From IMG/VR virus record IMGVR_UViG_3300046383_000032, positions 161 through 64,160 of that record: a DNA stretch of 64,000 bases. One strand, given 5' to 3'. This document shows, in pieces, positions 37,273 to 48,230 of this stretch. Within the stretch, counting starts at the first letter, position 1, and every line of letters begins with the position of its first letter. Below the pieces are notes generated by a model. The model was not told the origin of the DNA, did no database searches, and worked only from the letters and a program-made list of their open reading frames with translations. The stretch is from a virus (lineage: Duplodnaviria > Caudoviricetes). Position numbers and translations under genes: made by a program.

Positions 37273-38621
37273 GCGCGGGCTCCTTCGCTTCGGAACATCG
37301 GCGGCATCATGTCGATGGCAGGCGGACCCTGCCCCGGCTCAGCCATCTCGGGCTCGGCCACCGTCTGCGCGTCCTGTTCCTTGTCGCCCTTGGCGATCAG
37401 GTTCTGGAAGAACTTGTCGCCGTACCAGTCGACGGTGCGCTTGGGGATGACGAACTCGCCCTCACTCACCATCGCGGGAACATCGTCGATCACCTGCCCA
37501 CCACTCGGCGAGGCCTCCGGCGGCACGAGATTACCTTCGCCGGTAACGGGGGCTCCGGTGTCGATGGCTCCACCCTTGGCGTAGGCGACGCGCCGACCAC
37601 GGATCGCGCCGCCGCTCGCCGCCTTGGTGAGCGCGGAACCGGCGGCCTTGCCGACGGCGCTGCCCGCCGCCGTGCCCATCGGCCCGAGGAACGATCCGGC
37701 GATGCCGCCAGCGATGGGCAGGAGCGCGCCCATGATGCCGCCGTCGTCGTTCTCTTGGTTCATCTGCCACTCGCGCGAGGCCTGCTGGCGCTGGGCCATG
37801 CCCTGCTCGAAGTTCTTGCCCATCGTCGCTCCCCACTGCTGCAGGTAGGGGAAGGCCGAGTTGTACATCGACGTCGCCGGGCTATAGAGGCCTGCCGTCG
37901 TCGAGGCGGCAGCGAGCGGCGCATTGAGCGCTTGGTTGCGGTTGCCGGTCGCCTGCCCCTGCTGCGTGGCCGCCACGCCGGGAATGAACTTGCCGCTCTC
38001 GAGCGCCGTGTTGGTGACGTTGCGCGCCTCGGTGCGCGCCGCCAGCCGTCCCTGCTCGGCAGCCGCCGTCGTCGCTGCCGAACGCTGGATGGCAGCCGAC
38101 GTGTCGAGTGCCTGACTGGCGACGCCCGGACGGGTCAGACCCTGCGCCTGCAGCTTGCGCTGCTCCGTCGCCTTGGCCTGATCGAGCGCGATGGCAGTGT
38201 CGGCACCGAACTTGCCCGCGTACTGCTCCTCGGTCCTCGGCAGCTCGCCGATCATGCGCTGGGCGTCCGCCGCCTGCGCCTGATAGAGCGGCTTGTACAT
38301 CGTCTCCCAGTCGCCCATCAGACGGTCGCCCGTGGCCTGCTGGGTGTCGGCGGCGGACGACGCCTTGTCGGAGACCGACTTGGCGAGAGCGGTCAGGTCG
38401 ACGCCGGTCTTCTTGGCCCACTCGTAGATATCGCCGCCGTAGCCCGCGAGCTTGTTGCCCACGTCGGTCATCGCCGTGATGTACTTGGAGTAATCCGGCA
38501 TATCGAGCATCGGCATATTGAAGCCGCCGCCACCGCCGCCACCGCCGTTCATGATGTGGCGGTTGACGACCGGATGCTCAGCCCATGGATCGCTGAGAAG
38601 ATGAACTTCAGGCGTGAACAT
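37269..38621 (-). CDS. internal-virion/ejection protein
   Basis: Ala/Gln-rich; hydrophobic GALLPIAGGIAGSFLG; YAKGG...DDVPAMVSEGEFVIP segment as in tape-measure-type proteins. Confidence 0.75.
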   Translation of the reverse strand: MFTPEVHLLSDPWAEHPVVNRHIMNGGGGGGGGFNMPMLDMPDYSKYITAMTDVGNKLAGYGGDIYEWAKKTGVDLTALAKSVSDKASSAADTQQATGDRLMGDWETMYKPLYQAQAADAQRMIGELPRTEEQYAGKFGADTAIALDQAKATEQRKLQAQGLTRPGVASQALDTSAAIQRSAATTAAAEQGRLAARTEARNVTNTALESGKFIPGVAATQQGQATGNRNQALNAPLAAASTTAGLYSPATSMYNSAFPYLQQWGATMGKNFEQGMAQRQQASREWQMNQENDDGGIMGALLPIAGGIAGSFLGPMGTAAGSAVGKAAGSALTKAASGGAIRGRRVAYAKGGAIDTGAPVTGEGNLVPPEASPSGGQVIDDVPAMVSEGEFVIPKRTVDWYGDKFFQNLIAKGDKEQDAQTVAEPEMAEPGQGPPAIDMMPPMFRSEGARA

Positions 38622-39066
38622 CAGCCAACTCCCCGTGGCCGTTTTCCCGCAGATATCGGCTGCGGAGCTTAAGCCACTTGCAGTTCGGGCGCGACATTGA
38701 AAGCATCACGAGGTCGCCGTCCGGTGTACCATCCTTGATGGTGTGCTCGTAGACGAAGCCTGCACGCTTCACCTGATCGAGCGACGTCAGGTTCTTCGAG
38801 CCGACCGTGCAGAGCAGTCGGCGCAGCTTCAGGTAATTGAACGAGTAATCGAACAGCACCCACATCAGGCGCGGGCTGCACCAGCCGGGCGAGCCCGCCA
38901 TGTGGACCATGGCGATAGCGCCGTTGTAGTTCGTGACGACGAAGCCGCCGAGCAGCTGGCCATCGCCGGAAGTCCTCGCGACGCAGCCATCGACGTTGGG
39001 GTCGAAGCCGGTCTGCGCCCCTCGAGCGATCATCACGCCGTGCGTCAGGTCACCGAAGACGATCAT
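38608..39066 (-). CDS. GNAT acetyltransferase-like protein
   Basis: FDYSFNYLKLRRL...N..S......GFVYE pattern; usual position between tail tube and ejection genes in podoviruses. Confidence 0.75.
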   Translation of the reverse strand: MIVFGDLTHGVMIARGAQTGFDPNVDGCVARTSGDGQLLGGFVVTNYNGAIAMVHMAGSPGWCSPRLMWVLFDYSFNYLKLRRLLCTVGSKNLTSLDQVKRAGFVYEHTIKDGTPDGDLVMLSMSRPNCKWLKLRSRYLRENGHGELADVHA

Positions 39067-39338
39067 GTGATCGCACCGACCTGACGCCACTTGCCGCCGA
39101 CCATGACGTTGAGCGTGGTCATCGTCGGTGCCTTGCTCAGCCACAGGTCGCCGTCGATGGCCTGCGGCCCCTGCGGCGGCTGCTCCGTCGTGTACATCGT
39201 CGGCATGCGCTCCTCGCCCTTGTTGCCGACCATCATGTCGACTGCCTGCTTGAGCGCGAGCACCGTCGCGTAGAGCGCGTCGGGATTGTTGAGCGGCATC
39301 GGGATCGACGGATAGGCGGGCTTGTTCGCTTGCTCCAT
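39063..39338 (-). CDS. hypothetical tail-module protein
   Basis: PQAIDGDLWL...GGKW resembles the repeated fibre motif. Confidence 0.65.
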   Translation of the reverse strand: MEQANKPAYPSIPMPLNNPDALYATVLALKQAVDMMVGNKGEERMPTMYTTEQPPQGPQAIDGDLWLSKAPTMTTLNVMVGGKWRQVGAIT

Positions 39339-41278
39339 CAGATGGACCTCAACTCGTGCGCCGTCTGGGCGCAGTGAATGGCGTCGATGTTGAGGTAGCC
39401 CTCAACCTCGAACTGGTAGTACTGCGCCTTGTAGCCGGACGGCAGCCGGAACATCTGTCCCGACTTGGTCATCTTCTGCTGGAAGCGCAGCGTCAACCCG
39501 GCGTCGAGATCGCTCGCCTTGGCGTCGGCGTAGACGCGGAACCAGCTCGGCTCGGTGATCGAAGGATCGGCGGGCGTCCAGTAGACCTTGGCCGCGCCCA
39601 TGTTCTGCAGGTAGGGCAGCGTGAAAATCTTGGAGCGCCAGCGGTACTTGGCGTAGGGCGCGAGCTTGCGCAGGTCGACGAGGAAGACGATGCCGTCGCG
39701 CACCAGCATGGTCTCGCCGTTGAAGATGTCCTGTATGACGTTAAGCACTTCGCTCGGCGTCGGATCGAGCGACGTCACGCCGAGGCGCGGGTCGTTGAGC
39801 GAGATGTAGACGCCCGGTCGCGTGCCGTAGTGGCTCTCGATCTGGAAGGCTCCCTCACCCGGCGTCGTCACCTCGTTCTGGAAGCTGTCCTCCTGAAACA
39901 CACCGACCGTCGGGCCCGAGTAGCAGTAGTAGCCTTGGCTCACGATAGTGGCCATGACGCTGTCGAGGTTCACCATCTTGGCCCACTGATCCTTGAGGAT
40001 CATCTGCAGGGTGAGGTTGACGGCACCGGCAGGGGTGATGTTGATCAGGCCGTTGGGCGAGCTGTAGAGCACGCCGTTGGGCGTGTTGACGATGGAGAGC
40101 CGCGCAGTGCAGGGCTCGAGCGGCTGTATCTTGGAGAGCGCCATGGCCTCCGGCAGGATGCCGGTCGCGGCGTAGGGCTGGCCTTCGGTGAGGATGATGA
40201 CCGACTGGTTGTAGACGCCCAGTCCCTTGATGGTGGCGTCGACGCCGATGATGTAGCGCACCGGCCACGCATGCGGGTAGTAGGGCTCGCAGAACCAGAC
40301 CTCGTTCTTGCGCCAGCCGACCACCATGCCGTTGGGCATCGTGACGAGACCCTGCAGGTCCTCGGGCGGCTCCGACCAGTCGACGGTCATGAGCTGCTCG
40401 TTGTTGACGATCACCGCATCGGTCGTCACCGCGCAGTCGTCGTCGTAGGTCAGGTCGGTGATCACCTGCTCGGCCACGAAGAAGAACGTCGCCACGCCCT
40501 GCGCGCTCACCACCGTGCGGTAGATGCGCGTCTTGGTGAGGTGCCGGTCGGCAGCGTCGGTGCCCGACGGTGCCGTCATCGTGACGTGGTAGACCGCGTC
40601 GAGCTTGTTGGTGATTGCGGTCGGATGGCTGGGCGGCCCCTCCTCGCCGAGGTCGGTCACCCATGTGTAGACGTAGTTCACCGTCTTGTTGATCGTCGAC
40701 ACGCCGCCCGTCGCCGTCACGCCCGGCGGCACGCTGGGTGCGGGCACGCCGAGCCGTGCGGGCTTCGGCATGACGACCCAGAAAGTCGGCGACGTTGCGG
40801 GCGGATGGTTGATGCCTGTCTGAATGGAGACGTAGGTGATCCCGGCATTGGTAACGGCTTGGTTGAGGCCATAGTCCGTCGCGGCGTTCCACGGGCCCGT
40901 CATCGGCGCATTGATCTGCTTGATCTGGGTGCCGGTCAGGTACTTCGGATAGATGCCGTCTGCCCAGTAGTAGCGACCGTCGTCATCCTGCCCGACGATG
41001 GGCGAGCGGATCACGCGGATGTTCTCGTTCTCGAACTCGAGCCAGTAGCTGTCGACCATGTAGTCGATGCCCGACTGGCCGATGGGCAGCCTGAACACCG
41101 AGCGGGCCGACTGGTTCTCGAGGGTGTGGATCGGCACCAGCGAGTGCAGCGGCTCGATACGTCCCGAAAACAGCCACGAGTTCACGGCTTGAGCAGCCAG
41201 AGCCTCCGGCAGCAGACGCGGGTCCACTGCCGGGGTCTGACCTCCAAACCCGAGGATCGAGATCGGGGGTACTGGCAT
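39338..41278 (-). CDS. tail tube/nozzle (DNA stabilisation) protein
   Basis: GQTPAVDPRLLP start; YVYTWVTDLGEEGPPS; FCEPYYPHAWP; beta-propeller-like; position. Confidence 0.7.
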   Translation of the reverse strand: MPVPPISILGFGGQTPAVDPRLLPEALAAQAVNSWLFSGRIEPLHSLVPIHTLENQSARSVFRLPIGQSGIDYMVDSYWLEFENENIRVIRSPIVGQDDDGRYYWADGIYPKYLTGTQIKQINAPMTGPWNAATDYGLNQAVTNAGITYVSIQTGINHPPATSPTFWVVMPKPARLGVPAPSVPPGVTATGGVSTINKTVNYVYTWVTDLGEEGPPSHPTAITNKLDAVYHVTMTAPSGTDAADRHLTKTRIYRTVVSAQGVATFFFVAEQVITDLTYDDDCAVTTDAVIVNNEQLMTVDWSEPPEDLQGLVTMPNGMVVGWRKNEVWFCEPYYPHAWPVRYIIGVDATIKGLGVYNQSVIILTEGQPYAATGILPEAMALSKIQPLEPCTARLSIVNTPNGVLYSSPNGLINITPAGAVNLTLQMILKDQWAKMVNLDSVMATIVSQGYYCYSGPTVGVFQEDSFQNEVTTPGEGAFQIESHYGTRPGVYISLNDPRLGVTSLDPTPSEVLNVIQDIFNGETMLVRDGIVFLVDLRKLAPYAKYRWRSKIFTLPYLQNMGAAKVYWTPADPSITEPSWFRVYADAKASDLDAGLTLRFQQKMTKSGQMFRLPSGYKAQYYQFEVEGYLNIDAIHCAQTAHELRSI

Positions 41279-41296
41279 CGCTTACCTTCGAAGGTA

Positions 41297-41515
41297 TCAG
41301 GCCGGAGGCGCTGCAGGTGCAGGCTGGCCCTGCGTATCCTTGTCGGGCGGGTCCTTCTCCGCCTGCGCCTTGGCCGAAGCCTTGCTCTCCTCGATCAGCT
41401 CGAGGGTCGTCTTCTCCGGCGGCGGAGGCGGCTCGTAACGCTTCTGGTACTCCTTAGCTACAGCAGCAGCCTCCTCGTCGCTGACGACGGGAGGGGCAGT
41501 CTCAGTCTCAGTCAT
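41297..41515 (-). CDS. 72-aa acidic Pro-rich protein
   Basis: AGGAGAG RBS; MTETETAPP. Confidence 0.6.
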   Translation of the reverse strand: MTETETAPPVVSDEEAAAVAKEYQKRYEPPPPPEKTTLELIEESKASAKAQAEKDPPDKDTQGQPAPAAPPA

Positions 41516-41532
41516 TGCTCTCTCTCCTCTGG

Positions 41533-42285
41533 TTAAAGCTTGATGATGCTCGGAATGGCGATGGTCGGCTGGATGATGTTGAACTGGCTGGTCACGCCAC
41601 CCGACGCGCCGAAGCTGTTGATGTAGACGTTGAGGTTCTGACCGTCCGTCCAGAAGCCGCCGTTGACGATATGAGTATGATCGCCATGCAGCACGTCGCC
41701 GCCGCCGACGATGCCGCCGTACCAGTTGCCGCCCTGCACGCCGCTCGTGCCCACGTAGACCTGCACGGTCTGCTGGCCGGTCGTGTAGCCCGAGCCGGTG
41801 AAGCCGCCACCGCCGAACCAGCCACCGACCTGCACGCCCAAGCTGCTGCCGGGGACGTAGTAAGCACCGCCCGCCACGCCGATATTGTAGCCCGGCAGGC
41901 GTCCCGTGCCGCCATCGGGGTGCGACGCCACGCGCCCGCGCTTGTCGGGCAGGCTGAAGTGCGTCGCATCGACCGCGCCATAGGTCGTGCCGATGGCAGT
42001 GAACAGGGCCGGATGGGCGGTACGCTCGAGCGACTGGCCCTCGCACAACATCCAGCCGGGCGGGGCCACCGCGCCACCGTACTCGATGATCATGCCGGGC
42101 AGAAAGAAACTGCTGACCGGAAGCTCGTCCATCGGACCCGGACCGGCACCGGGTGCGCGACCGATGACGACGCCGTCGGTCGACGCCAAGACCTGATGCT
42201 CTTTGTTCCAGTCGGACGGCTTGACGAGGGTGTTGTCGGTCCCGTCTGCCTTCGACGACTGGAAGAGATGCTTGATGCTGAACAT
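41533..42285 (-). CDS. tail collar domain protein
   Basis: PGMIIEYGGAVAPPGWMLCEGQ...LFTAIGTTYG...FSLPDKRGR; Gly-rich C-terminus. Confidence 0.85.
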   Translation of the reverse strand: MFSIKHLFQSSKADGTDNTLVKPSDWNKEHQVLASTDGVVIGRAPGAGPGPMDELPVSSFFLPGMIIEYGGAVAPPGWMLCEGQSLERTAHPALFTAIGTTYGAVDATHFSLPDKRGRVASHPDGGTGRLPGYNIGVAGGAYYVPGSSLGVQVGGWFGGGGFTGSGYTTGQQTVQVYVGTSGVQGGNWYGGIVGGGDVLHGDHTHIVNGGFWTDGQNLNVYINSFGASGGVTSQFNIIQPTIAIPSIIKL

Positions 42286-42929
42286 CAGGTCCAACCCTTT
42301 CTCGTCGTCGTGGCGAAGGACTGCGGATACATCCAGCGCTGTCCGCCGAACACGTTGGCCTTGAGCGCGTCGGTGCGCGCCTTACTGCGCTCGGCGACGT
42401 AGGTCTGCCAGTTCGACGCGCCAAGCTTGGCGTTGCTGTAGGTTTTCGCCGGGCTCAACTGCAGACGCCCCATGATGCCGTACATGAAGCCGTCGGCATA
42501 CTTGTCGATGATCCACCAGTCTGACGGGTCGATGTCGGGGATGCCGTCGCTGCCGACCGTGCTCAAGGTCTTGGCAACGACAGCGCTCCACGTCGCCGCC
42601 TCGGACGGCGCGTAGCGCAGCGTGATCACGCCGGGCTTCATCATGCCGACACCGCCCTGCACCCACTGCTTGTCGGGCGGCGAGTAAGCCGGGTTGTAGA
42701 CCAGCATCAGCCGGTTGGGGATGCCGAACTTGGTGAGCGTGATGTTGTAGCTCAGCACGTTGGGCTCGACGTTCATCGGCGCTTCCTCGGTCCAGATATT
42801 GGTCCGGTCGAAGAAGTCGTTGAGCACCTGATAGACCATGTTCCAGAACACGGCATCGGTCAGCCCCGGCATGGTGAGCTTGACGTCGGCGTAAACGCGG
42901 CCCCAAGGCGGGTCGGGCAATTTCGGCAT
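42285..42929 (-). CDS. head-tail adaptor-like protein
   Basis: DFFDRTNIW...LQLSPAKTYSN pattern; position. Confidence 0.6.
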   Translation of the reverse strand: MPKLPDPPWGRVYADVKLTMPGLTDAVFWNMVYQVLNDFFDRTNIWTEEAPMNVEPNVLSYNITLTKFGIPNRLMLVYNPAYSPPDKQWVQGGVGMMKPGVITLRYAPSEAATWSAVVAKTLSTVGSDGIPDIDPSDWWIIDKYADGFMYGIMGRLQLSPAKTYSNAKLGASNWQTYVAERSKARTDALKANVFGGQRWMYPQSFATTTRKGWT

Positions 42930-42932
42930 CGG

Positions 42933-43412
42933 CTACCCCACCGTCAGCACGGCTTGAGTGAACGTCTTCAAGAAGGCCATCGCGCGCTGGTCTTGGTTCT
43001 GCTCGTCGTCGCGCACCTGCACGAGGCCGACGACATAATACACCAGCGGCGGGACATACTGCTCCTCGATGCCGAACAGGGCATTGAGCGCGCCAACGCT
43101 GAAGACCGGCACCTTGAACTTGCTCTCGAGGAACAGGTCAGGCCTGATCCTGAAGAGGTCGAGCATGCCCTGATTGAGCGCGGTGATGATGCTGTCGGTC
43201 GAGTAGCGGTACTGGCCCGAGCTGTTGTCGACATCCTGCAGCAGCGTCCGCACCTGATCGAGCACGTCGCCGACGACGCTCATCTCCTGCGTGCCGCTGT
43301 CGTAGAAGCCTACCGTCCAGCCGTAGCCGTCCCACGCATAGACCACGCCGGATGGCGCGGTGTACTTCTGGCCGACGATCGGCGCGATGGGGAAGTCCAT
43401 AGGGTCTGCCAT
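42933..43412 (-). CDS. head-tail adaptor-like protein with an N-terminal fibre-type motif
   Basis: VRTLLQDVD...RYST..I..ALN...IRPD. Confidence 0.6.
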   Translation of the reverse strand: MADPMDFPIAPIVGQKYTAPSGVVYAWDGYGWTVGFYDSGTQEMSVVGDVLDQVRTLLQDVDNSSGQYRYSTDSIITALNQGMLDLFRIRPDLFLESKFKVPVFSVGALNALFGIEEQYVPPLVYYVVGLVQVRDDEQNQDQRAMAFLKTFTQAVLTVG

Positions 43413-43421
43413 GGCTACCTC

Positions 43422-44999
43422 CTACGAAATCCTGAAGCCGCTGGCGAAGGTAAGCGTGGCACCGCCCGTGATCACCGTGGCGTCCTCGGCGTGCTGCGTC
43501 CACGCGATGGCGTTAGGGTTGGCCAACATGAAGCGGACCTTCTCGCCCGCGTTCATGTTCAAGGTCTGCGTCGTCGTCATCGGCGAGTTGGCACCCGAGG
43601 TGTTGATGACGCGCGGCGTGGCGTAGTTGCGAATGACCGCCGCCGCCGACGTGAGATGCGAGATCACCGAGCCGCTGTACTGGCCGCCCGATGTCGGATC
43701 ACCGTGGTGCGTCAGGCTGAACTGGTAGCGGCCCGTCGCCGGGCAGGTGAACTCGGCATTGGCGAGGCTCCACACGCCCTCGGGATCGTAGTCGACGACC
43801 GGCGTCGCGGCGGCGCGGAAAATATTCGTCGAGCCGGGGCCGGTGTAGCTGGCATTGGTCGTGGTGCGGATGTTGAACGCCGAGCGCCCGGTGTTGCCGA
43901 CGATGGCACCCGTCGTGTCGGTCATGCCGTACAGGCTGATCGTGCTGCCCGCCGCGAGGTTGCCAGCGGGTTGGGGGATGAAGCTCAAACCAGTGATCGG
44001 ACCATTGAGCGTACGATAACCGCTGCCGGTGACCGCCATAAAAACTGTGCCGTCATTGCTGACGTAATTGGATTGGTAGTCAGCAGCCGTGAGCCGTGCG
44101 GCGCGGATGTTGCGGACATAACCGCCACCGCGAATGCCTGTGAGGTTGCCGACGACGCGATTAACGAGAGGGTAATCAAACGCGATCATGGTGGTGAGGC
44201 CCGACCCCGCGCTGCCCATTACGCCCGGCGACGTGTTGTTCTGGGTATGGATGCCCGTCGTATTCGCGAAAGCATAGTTTCCCGCCGTGTCGAGCACCCC
44301 GGCGGAGTTGAAGAAGCGCATGCAGAAGTCGACGCCATTGGTGACCGGCGTCACGTCGAAGCTGAACTGCAGATCGGTGATGTTGGGCGGAATGCCGGTG
44401 AAGTCGATGCTGGGCGCGTTAGCAGCGAGCGTCTGCTTGGAGAGCAACTGCCAAGTGCCGGGCGCTGCCATCGACTGCACGACGCCGACCGGGATCGCGC
44501 CGAACCAGATCGTCCCCGACATATTGGTCGCGAGGTTTCCTGAAATCTGACAGTCGAACCAGTCCGTGCCGTTAGCATCAAGGGTCGTCTGCGCCTCAGG
44601 CATGACATACATGTTTCCCGAGGGCGAATGGCCGAAACCCGAAATGATATTTGTTCCGTTCTTGCGGATCGTAATGATGCCAATGACGCCGCCCGTCGTC
44701 AGGCCAGTCCTACCGCCGCAATAGATGAAATATCGTCCGGCGGGTGGCGTGAAGCGTCCGTTCGATGCGTTGTACCACCCTCCTGCATTGCCAGTCTGAA
44801 CGACAAAACTGCTGACCGTGGCGGCTGTGCCGGGCCACGCAGCCGCATCCACCGTCGCCCAGAAGTCGCCGCCGCCCTGCGGCGCGACGCTGATCGTGCG
44901 CCACGACGTGCTTCCGCTGTCGTACTGGTAGACGACGCCGGTCGGCGCGTAGAACAGCTGACCGTTGGTCGGCGAGGCGGGGAAGTCTAGTGCTGCCAT
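43422..44999 (-). CDS. tail fibre/receptor-binding protein with two C1q-like jelly-roll segments
   Basis: N-terminal LDFPASPTNGQ; WYNASNGRFTPPAGRY and EFTCPATGRYQF. Confidence 0.7.
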   Translation of the reverse strand: MAALDFPASPTNGQLFYAPTGVVYQYDSGSTSWRTISVAPQGGGDFWATVDAAAWPGTAATVSSFVVQTGNAGGWYNASNGRFTPPAGRYFIYCGGRTGLTTGGVIGIITIRKNGTNIISGFGHSPSGNMYVMPEAQTTLDANGTDWFDCQISGNLATNMSGTIWFGAIPVGVVQSMAAPGTWQLLSKQTLAANAPSIDFTGIPPNITDLQFSFDVTPVTNGVDFCMRFFNSAGVLDTAGNYAFANTTGIHTQNNTSPGVMGSAGSGLTTMIAFDYPLVNRVVGNLTGIRGGGYVRNIRAARLTAADYQSNYVSNDGTVFMAVTGSGYRTLNGPITGLSFIPQPAGNLAAGSTISLYGMTDTTGAIVGNTGRSAFNIRTTTNASYTGPGSTNIFRAAATPVVDYDPEGVWSLANAEFTCPATGRYQFSLTHHGDPTSGGQYSGSVISHLTSAAAVIRNYATPRVINTSGANSPMTTTQTLNMNAGEKVRFMLANPNAIAWTQHAEDATVITGGATLTFASGFRIS

Positions 45000-45000
45000 G

Positions 45001-45777
45001 TCATATCCCCGCCGGTTTCCAGACGCCGCCGGACTTCACGAACGTGCTGGCCGGCTTCCACACGCCGTTGTGCTTGACGAAGGTGTCGGCCTCTTTCCAA
45101 GTACCATTCTGGTTGACCATCGTCTTGCCGCCAGCGTCGGCCAGCAACTCGATCATGCGGGCCGCCCACATGTTCGCGCCTGACAACGAGTTGCCGTTGG
45201 GGTTCTGCACCCGGTCGCCAGTCGCACCCGCCGTCGCGCGCAACTCGTAGGCCCCGAACTGCAGCGTGTTGAACAATTGCGTCATGCCCGGCGGCACCGC
45301 GCCTGCCGAAGCCGACCAGTTGTGGCCGAGATACATCAGCCACGATCCCGCAGCCGTCGTGGTGATGCTGAGCCCGGTCGACAGTTGGTTGACGCCGTTG
45401 TCGCCGCTGTTGTTGGTGGTGTTCGGGCCGATGGGCGTGCCGGATGAAAGACAGCCGCTCAACGAGAAGACGGCGACCTCGGTATTCATCGTGGTGTGCA
45501 GGAAGTCGTAAGTCGCAGGCTCCGATGCGGTTGCGCGCTTCCAATAAATCCGCTCCTGCCCTCGGAACCCACTGGTGTCGATCACCTCCGTAGCGGTGCC
45601 GAAGGCCGTGAACCCGGACGGTACTAACGTAGGAGTTGGCGGCGAGGAACCCAGGAGCCCAGCAAAGAACTGCATCAGCACGATATCGCTCGCAACAACG
45701 GTCGCAGGCTTGGGCACCGTGCTGTTGGCGCGTGTGGCGTAGCCCAGCGACGACTGCGAGCGAAGGGCGATGGCCAT
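45001..45777 (-). CDS. tail-associated beta-rich protein
   Basis: C-terminal NGTWKEADTFVKHNGVWKPASTFVKSGGVWK repeats; start at MAIALR. Confidence 0.7.
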   Translation of the reverse strand: MAIALRSQSSLGYATRANSTVPKPATVVASDIVLMQFFAGLLGSSPPTPTLVPSGFTAFGTATEVIDTSGFRGQERIYWKRATASEPATYDFLHTTMNTEVAVFSLSGCLSSGTPIGPNTTNNSGDNGVNQLSTGLSITTTAAGSWLMYLGHNWSASAGAVPPGMTQLFNTLQFGAYELRATAGATGDRVQNPNGNSLSGANMWAARMIELLADAGGKTMVNQNGTWKEADTFVKHNGVWKPASTFVKSGGVWKPAGI

Positions 45778-48230
45778 TAGGGCGCAACCTGATACCAGAC
45801 ATCGCCGTCGATGCCTCCTGACGGGGCCGAAGTCGAGATGGTGGGCTGGCGCACGCCCGGCATGCCGGTGAGGATCGGATGCGCGCCGAACCAGCACCAC
45901 ATATTAAGATTAGCGCCGTTGTTGGCCGACACCTGAATGTCGATCCAGTCGGTGCCGTTCATATCGAGGATGGCTTCTACACAGGGGTCACCATACCAAC
46001 CAGAATTGGCTGGCACCTGAATGCTCCCGAGCAAGGGAGTGCCATTCTTGCGCATGATAGCATTGACCAGCGTCGCGCCAGAACTGAGACCCGCGCCAAT
46101 TGTTGAAAAGACCCGATAGCGGCCCGGCGGTGGCGTCCACCTCCCGTTTGCCGGGTTGTACCAGCCCTGCTCATTGCCAGTAAGCACCTGTCCGGCGGTC
46201 CACACCATGGTGGCCGGTGTTGAAGTAAAGCCAGTGATACTGACCGCCGCGAAGAACGTCCCGCCCGCCGTCTGCTGCGGCCCGGTCATGGGCGCAGCAG
46301 GTACCCACTGCGAGCTGTTGGCGTCGGTGTAGTAGACGAAGAGCTGACCAGTCTCCGAGTTCCACCACAACTTGCCCGCTGTCGGCGATGCCGGTGGCGT
46401 CGTACCAATGCTGACCGAACCACCCAACGGCACGCCCGCGACAGTCGGTGTCGCAGCGAAGTCGGCGATGCCGGTCGCGCGGTTGATCGCCAACGGTGTG
46501 CCGAGCAGGGTTCCGGCGTCGTTGTAGCGAGCGATGGCGAAGTTCGAGCCCGCGTTCGATCCGCTCTCGGCAGTCGCGTCGGCACCCGTCTCCCAGCGCC
46601 GGTCAGCCGCCGTCCGGTAGCTCTGGATGCGGTTCGTTCCAGCCGCGCCGGTAATGATGTAGCTAACGCCCCAAATCTGATCCCACGGCGCAAAGAAGTT
46701 GCCGAGCTGGCGGCCCGCAACCGCCGGGAACACCCCGGTGTCGTAGACCTGCACCGTAACCGCGTTGTTGCCGCCAAGCTCAAGGTAGCCCGACGCCGTC
46801 GTCACCAGCTTGCTGTTCACGCCGCTGGTGGTCAGCGCCGCCACGTTGTTGGCGTTGAACGATAGCGCGCTCACCGCGCCGCTGAAGGCGGCATTGCCGG
46901 TCGCGCGATTGAGCGCCAGCGCATTGCCCAGCGAGGTCCCGGCATCGTTGAAGCGGACGATCTCGAAGTCTGAACCGGCGTTGCTACCGCTCTCGGCGGT
47001 GGCGTTCGCGCGCAGCGTCCAGCGATTGAGCGCGGCGCTCTGGAAAATCAGCGAGCGGTGGAGGCCAGCGGCGTTGGTGACGGACACGCCCATCGCCCAC
47101 GCCGATATCCACGGATTGGCCTGCGCGCCAAGCTGGCGCGTGCCGCTCGATGGCACGATATCCTGTGCCGTCAGAGTGCCGGTCAGCGTGCCACCGGCCA
47201 GCGGCAGGTAGTTACCGAGCGATGCTGCCGGTGCCGCGCCGATCGCCGCTGGGGTAATCATATAGGCGACCTTGCTGGTCACCCGCCCCTTGGTGTCGGT
47301 AGTGATCGAGATCGTCGTGTCGGCCCCCGTGCCGACCGTGCCGGAGCTACCGACCGCCGCCAACGTCGGGTTGGGATACGTCCCGGTGAGATCACCACCA
47401 GCCGGACCGGACGGCGCACCGCCGCCACCAACAACGACAGACCACGCCGAGGACTGGCGTGCGTACTGCTGACCGTCGGTCGGCGCTTCCGGCACCGGAC
47501 CGGGCGGTCCCGTTGGACCTGTTGCACCCGCTGGGCCGGGATCGCCTTGTGGCCCTTGCACGCCTTGCGGACCTTGCGGACCGGGCACCGTGCTGTCAGC
47601 GCCAGCCGCACCTGTCGGTCCTTGTGGCCCTTGCACGCCTTGCGGACCTTGCGCGCCGGTCGCGCCGGTCGCACCGGGCGGACCTTCCGGTCCCGTCGCC
47701 CCCTGCGGACCCGTCGCGCCGTCAGTGCCGGGCGGGCCGGGCGGACCCGACTGGCCGACCGGACCTATCGGGCCTTCAGGCCCTTGCGGTCCTTCAGCTC
47801 CGACAGGCCCCTGCGGCCCCTGCGGCCCGGTTAGCCCGGTGTCGCCCTTCTTGCCGGTGCCCCAGTTCGATATCACCCACTGCGTCGTGTTGCCGTCGTC
47901 GTACCAGACCATCTGCTGGCCGGTGACCGGCGACCACCACAGGTCTCCAATTGAGGGGCCAGAGGGAGATACGGGTGAAACGGTAATGAAGGGCTCTCGA
48001 GTGACGTCCTGCGGCGTCGAAGCGGGCGGCGGTTCTGGAGTGACGAGGGGATCGCTGGGAGACGTGACAGCGCCGCCCGAAGGCTGCGTCTGCACCCAAG
48101 CGCCGACACCCGTCGACGGGCTCGTGTACCAGACGTACTCACGACCCGTGACGGTGTTGAACCACAGATCGCCTTCCACCGGACCGGCTGGTGGCGTAGG
48201 CGAGTTGGTGACGGTCGGCGGTGCGGGCAT
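45777..48230 (-). CDS. collagen-repeat tail fibre
   Basis: GGAGG RBS before MPAPP; Gly-X-Y run around 47490-47860; duplicated AESGSNAGS module; C1q-like C-terminus. Confidence 0.85.
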   Translation of the reverse strand: MPAPPTVTNSPTPPAGPVEGDLWFNTVTGREYVWYTSPSTGVGAWVQTQPSGGAVTSPSDPLVTPEPPPASTPQDVTREPFITVSPVSPSGPSIGDLWWSPVTGQQMVWYDDGNTTQWVISNWGTGKKGDTGLTGPQGPQGPVGAEGPQGPEGPIGPVGQSGPPGPPGTDGATGPQGATGPEGPPGATGATGAQGPQGVQGPQGPTGAAGADSTVPGPQGPQGVQGPQGDPGPAGATGPTGPPGPVPEAPTDGQQYARQSSAWSVVVGGGGAPSGPAGGDLTGTYPNPTLAAVGSSGTVGTGADTTISITTDTKGRVTSKVAYMITPAAIGAAPAASLGNYLPLAGGTLTGTLTAQDIVPSSGTRQLGAQANPWISAWAMGVSVTNAAGLHRSLIFQSAALNRWTLRANATAESGSNAGSDFEIVRFNDAGTSLGNALALNRATGNAAFSGAVSALSFNANNVAALTTSGVNSKLVTTASGYLELGGNNAVTVQVYDTGVFPAVAGRQLGNFFAPWDQIWGVSYIITGAAGTNRIQSYRTAADRRWETGADATAESGSNAGSNFAIARYNDAGTLLGTPLAINRATGIADFAATPTVAGVPLGGSVSIGTTPPASPTAGKLWWNSETGQLFVYYTDANSSQWVPAAPMTGPQQTAGGTFFAAVSITGFTSTPATMVWTAGQVLTGNEQGWYNPANGRWTPPPGRYRVFSTIGAGLSSGATLVNAIMRKNGTPLLGSIQVPANSGWYGDPCVEAILDMNGTDWIDIQVSANNGANLNMWCWFGAHPILTGMPGVRQPTISTSAPSGGIDGDVWYQVAP
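47545..47653. repeat. 34-bp exact direct repeat in the collagen region
   Basis: CCTTGTGGCCCTTGCACGCCTTGCGGACCTTGCG at 47545-47578 and 47620-47653. Confidence 0.85.

Noticed and set aside
43438-43453. Extra motif A copies at 43438-43453, about 52220-52235 and about 62070-62085
   Set aside because: Only one half-site matches in each, so they were not counted
41533-48230. Diversity-generating retroelement in the tail genes
   Set aside because: No reverse transcriptase and no template/variable repeat pair differing at adenines was seen
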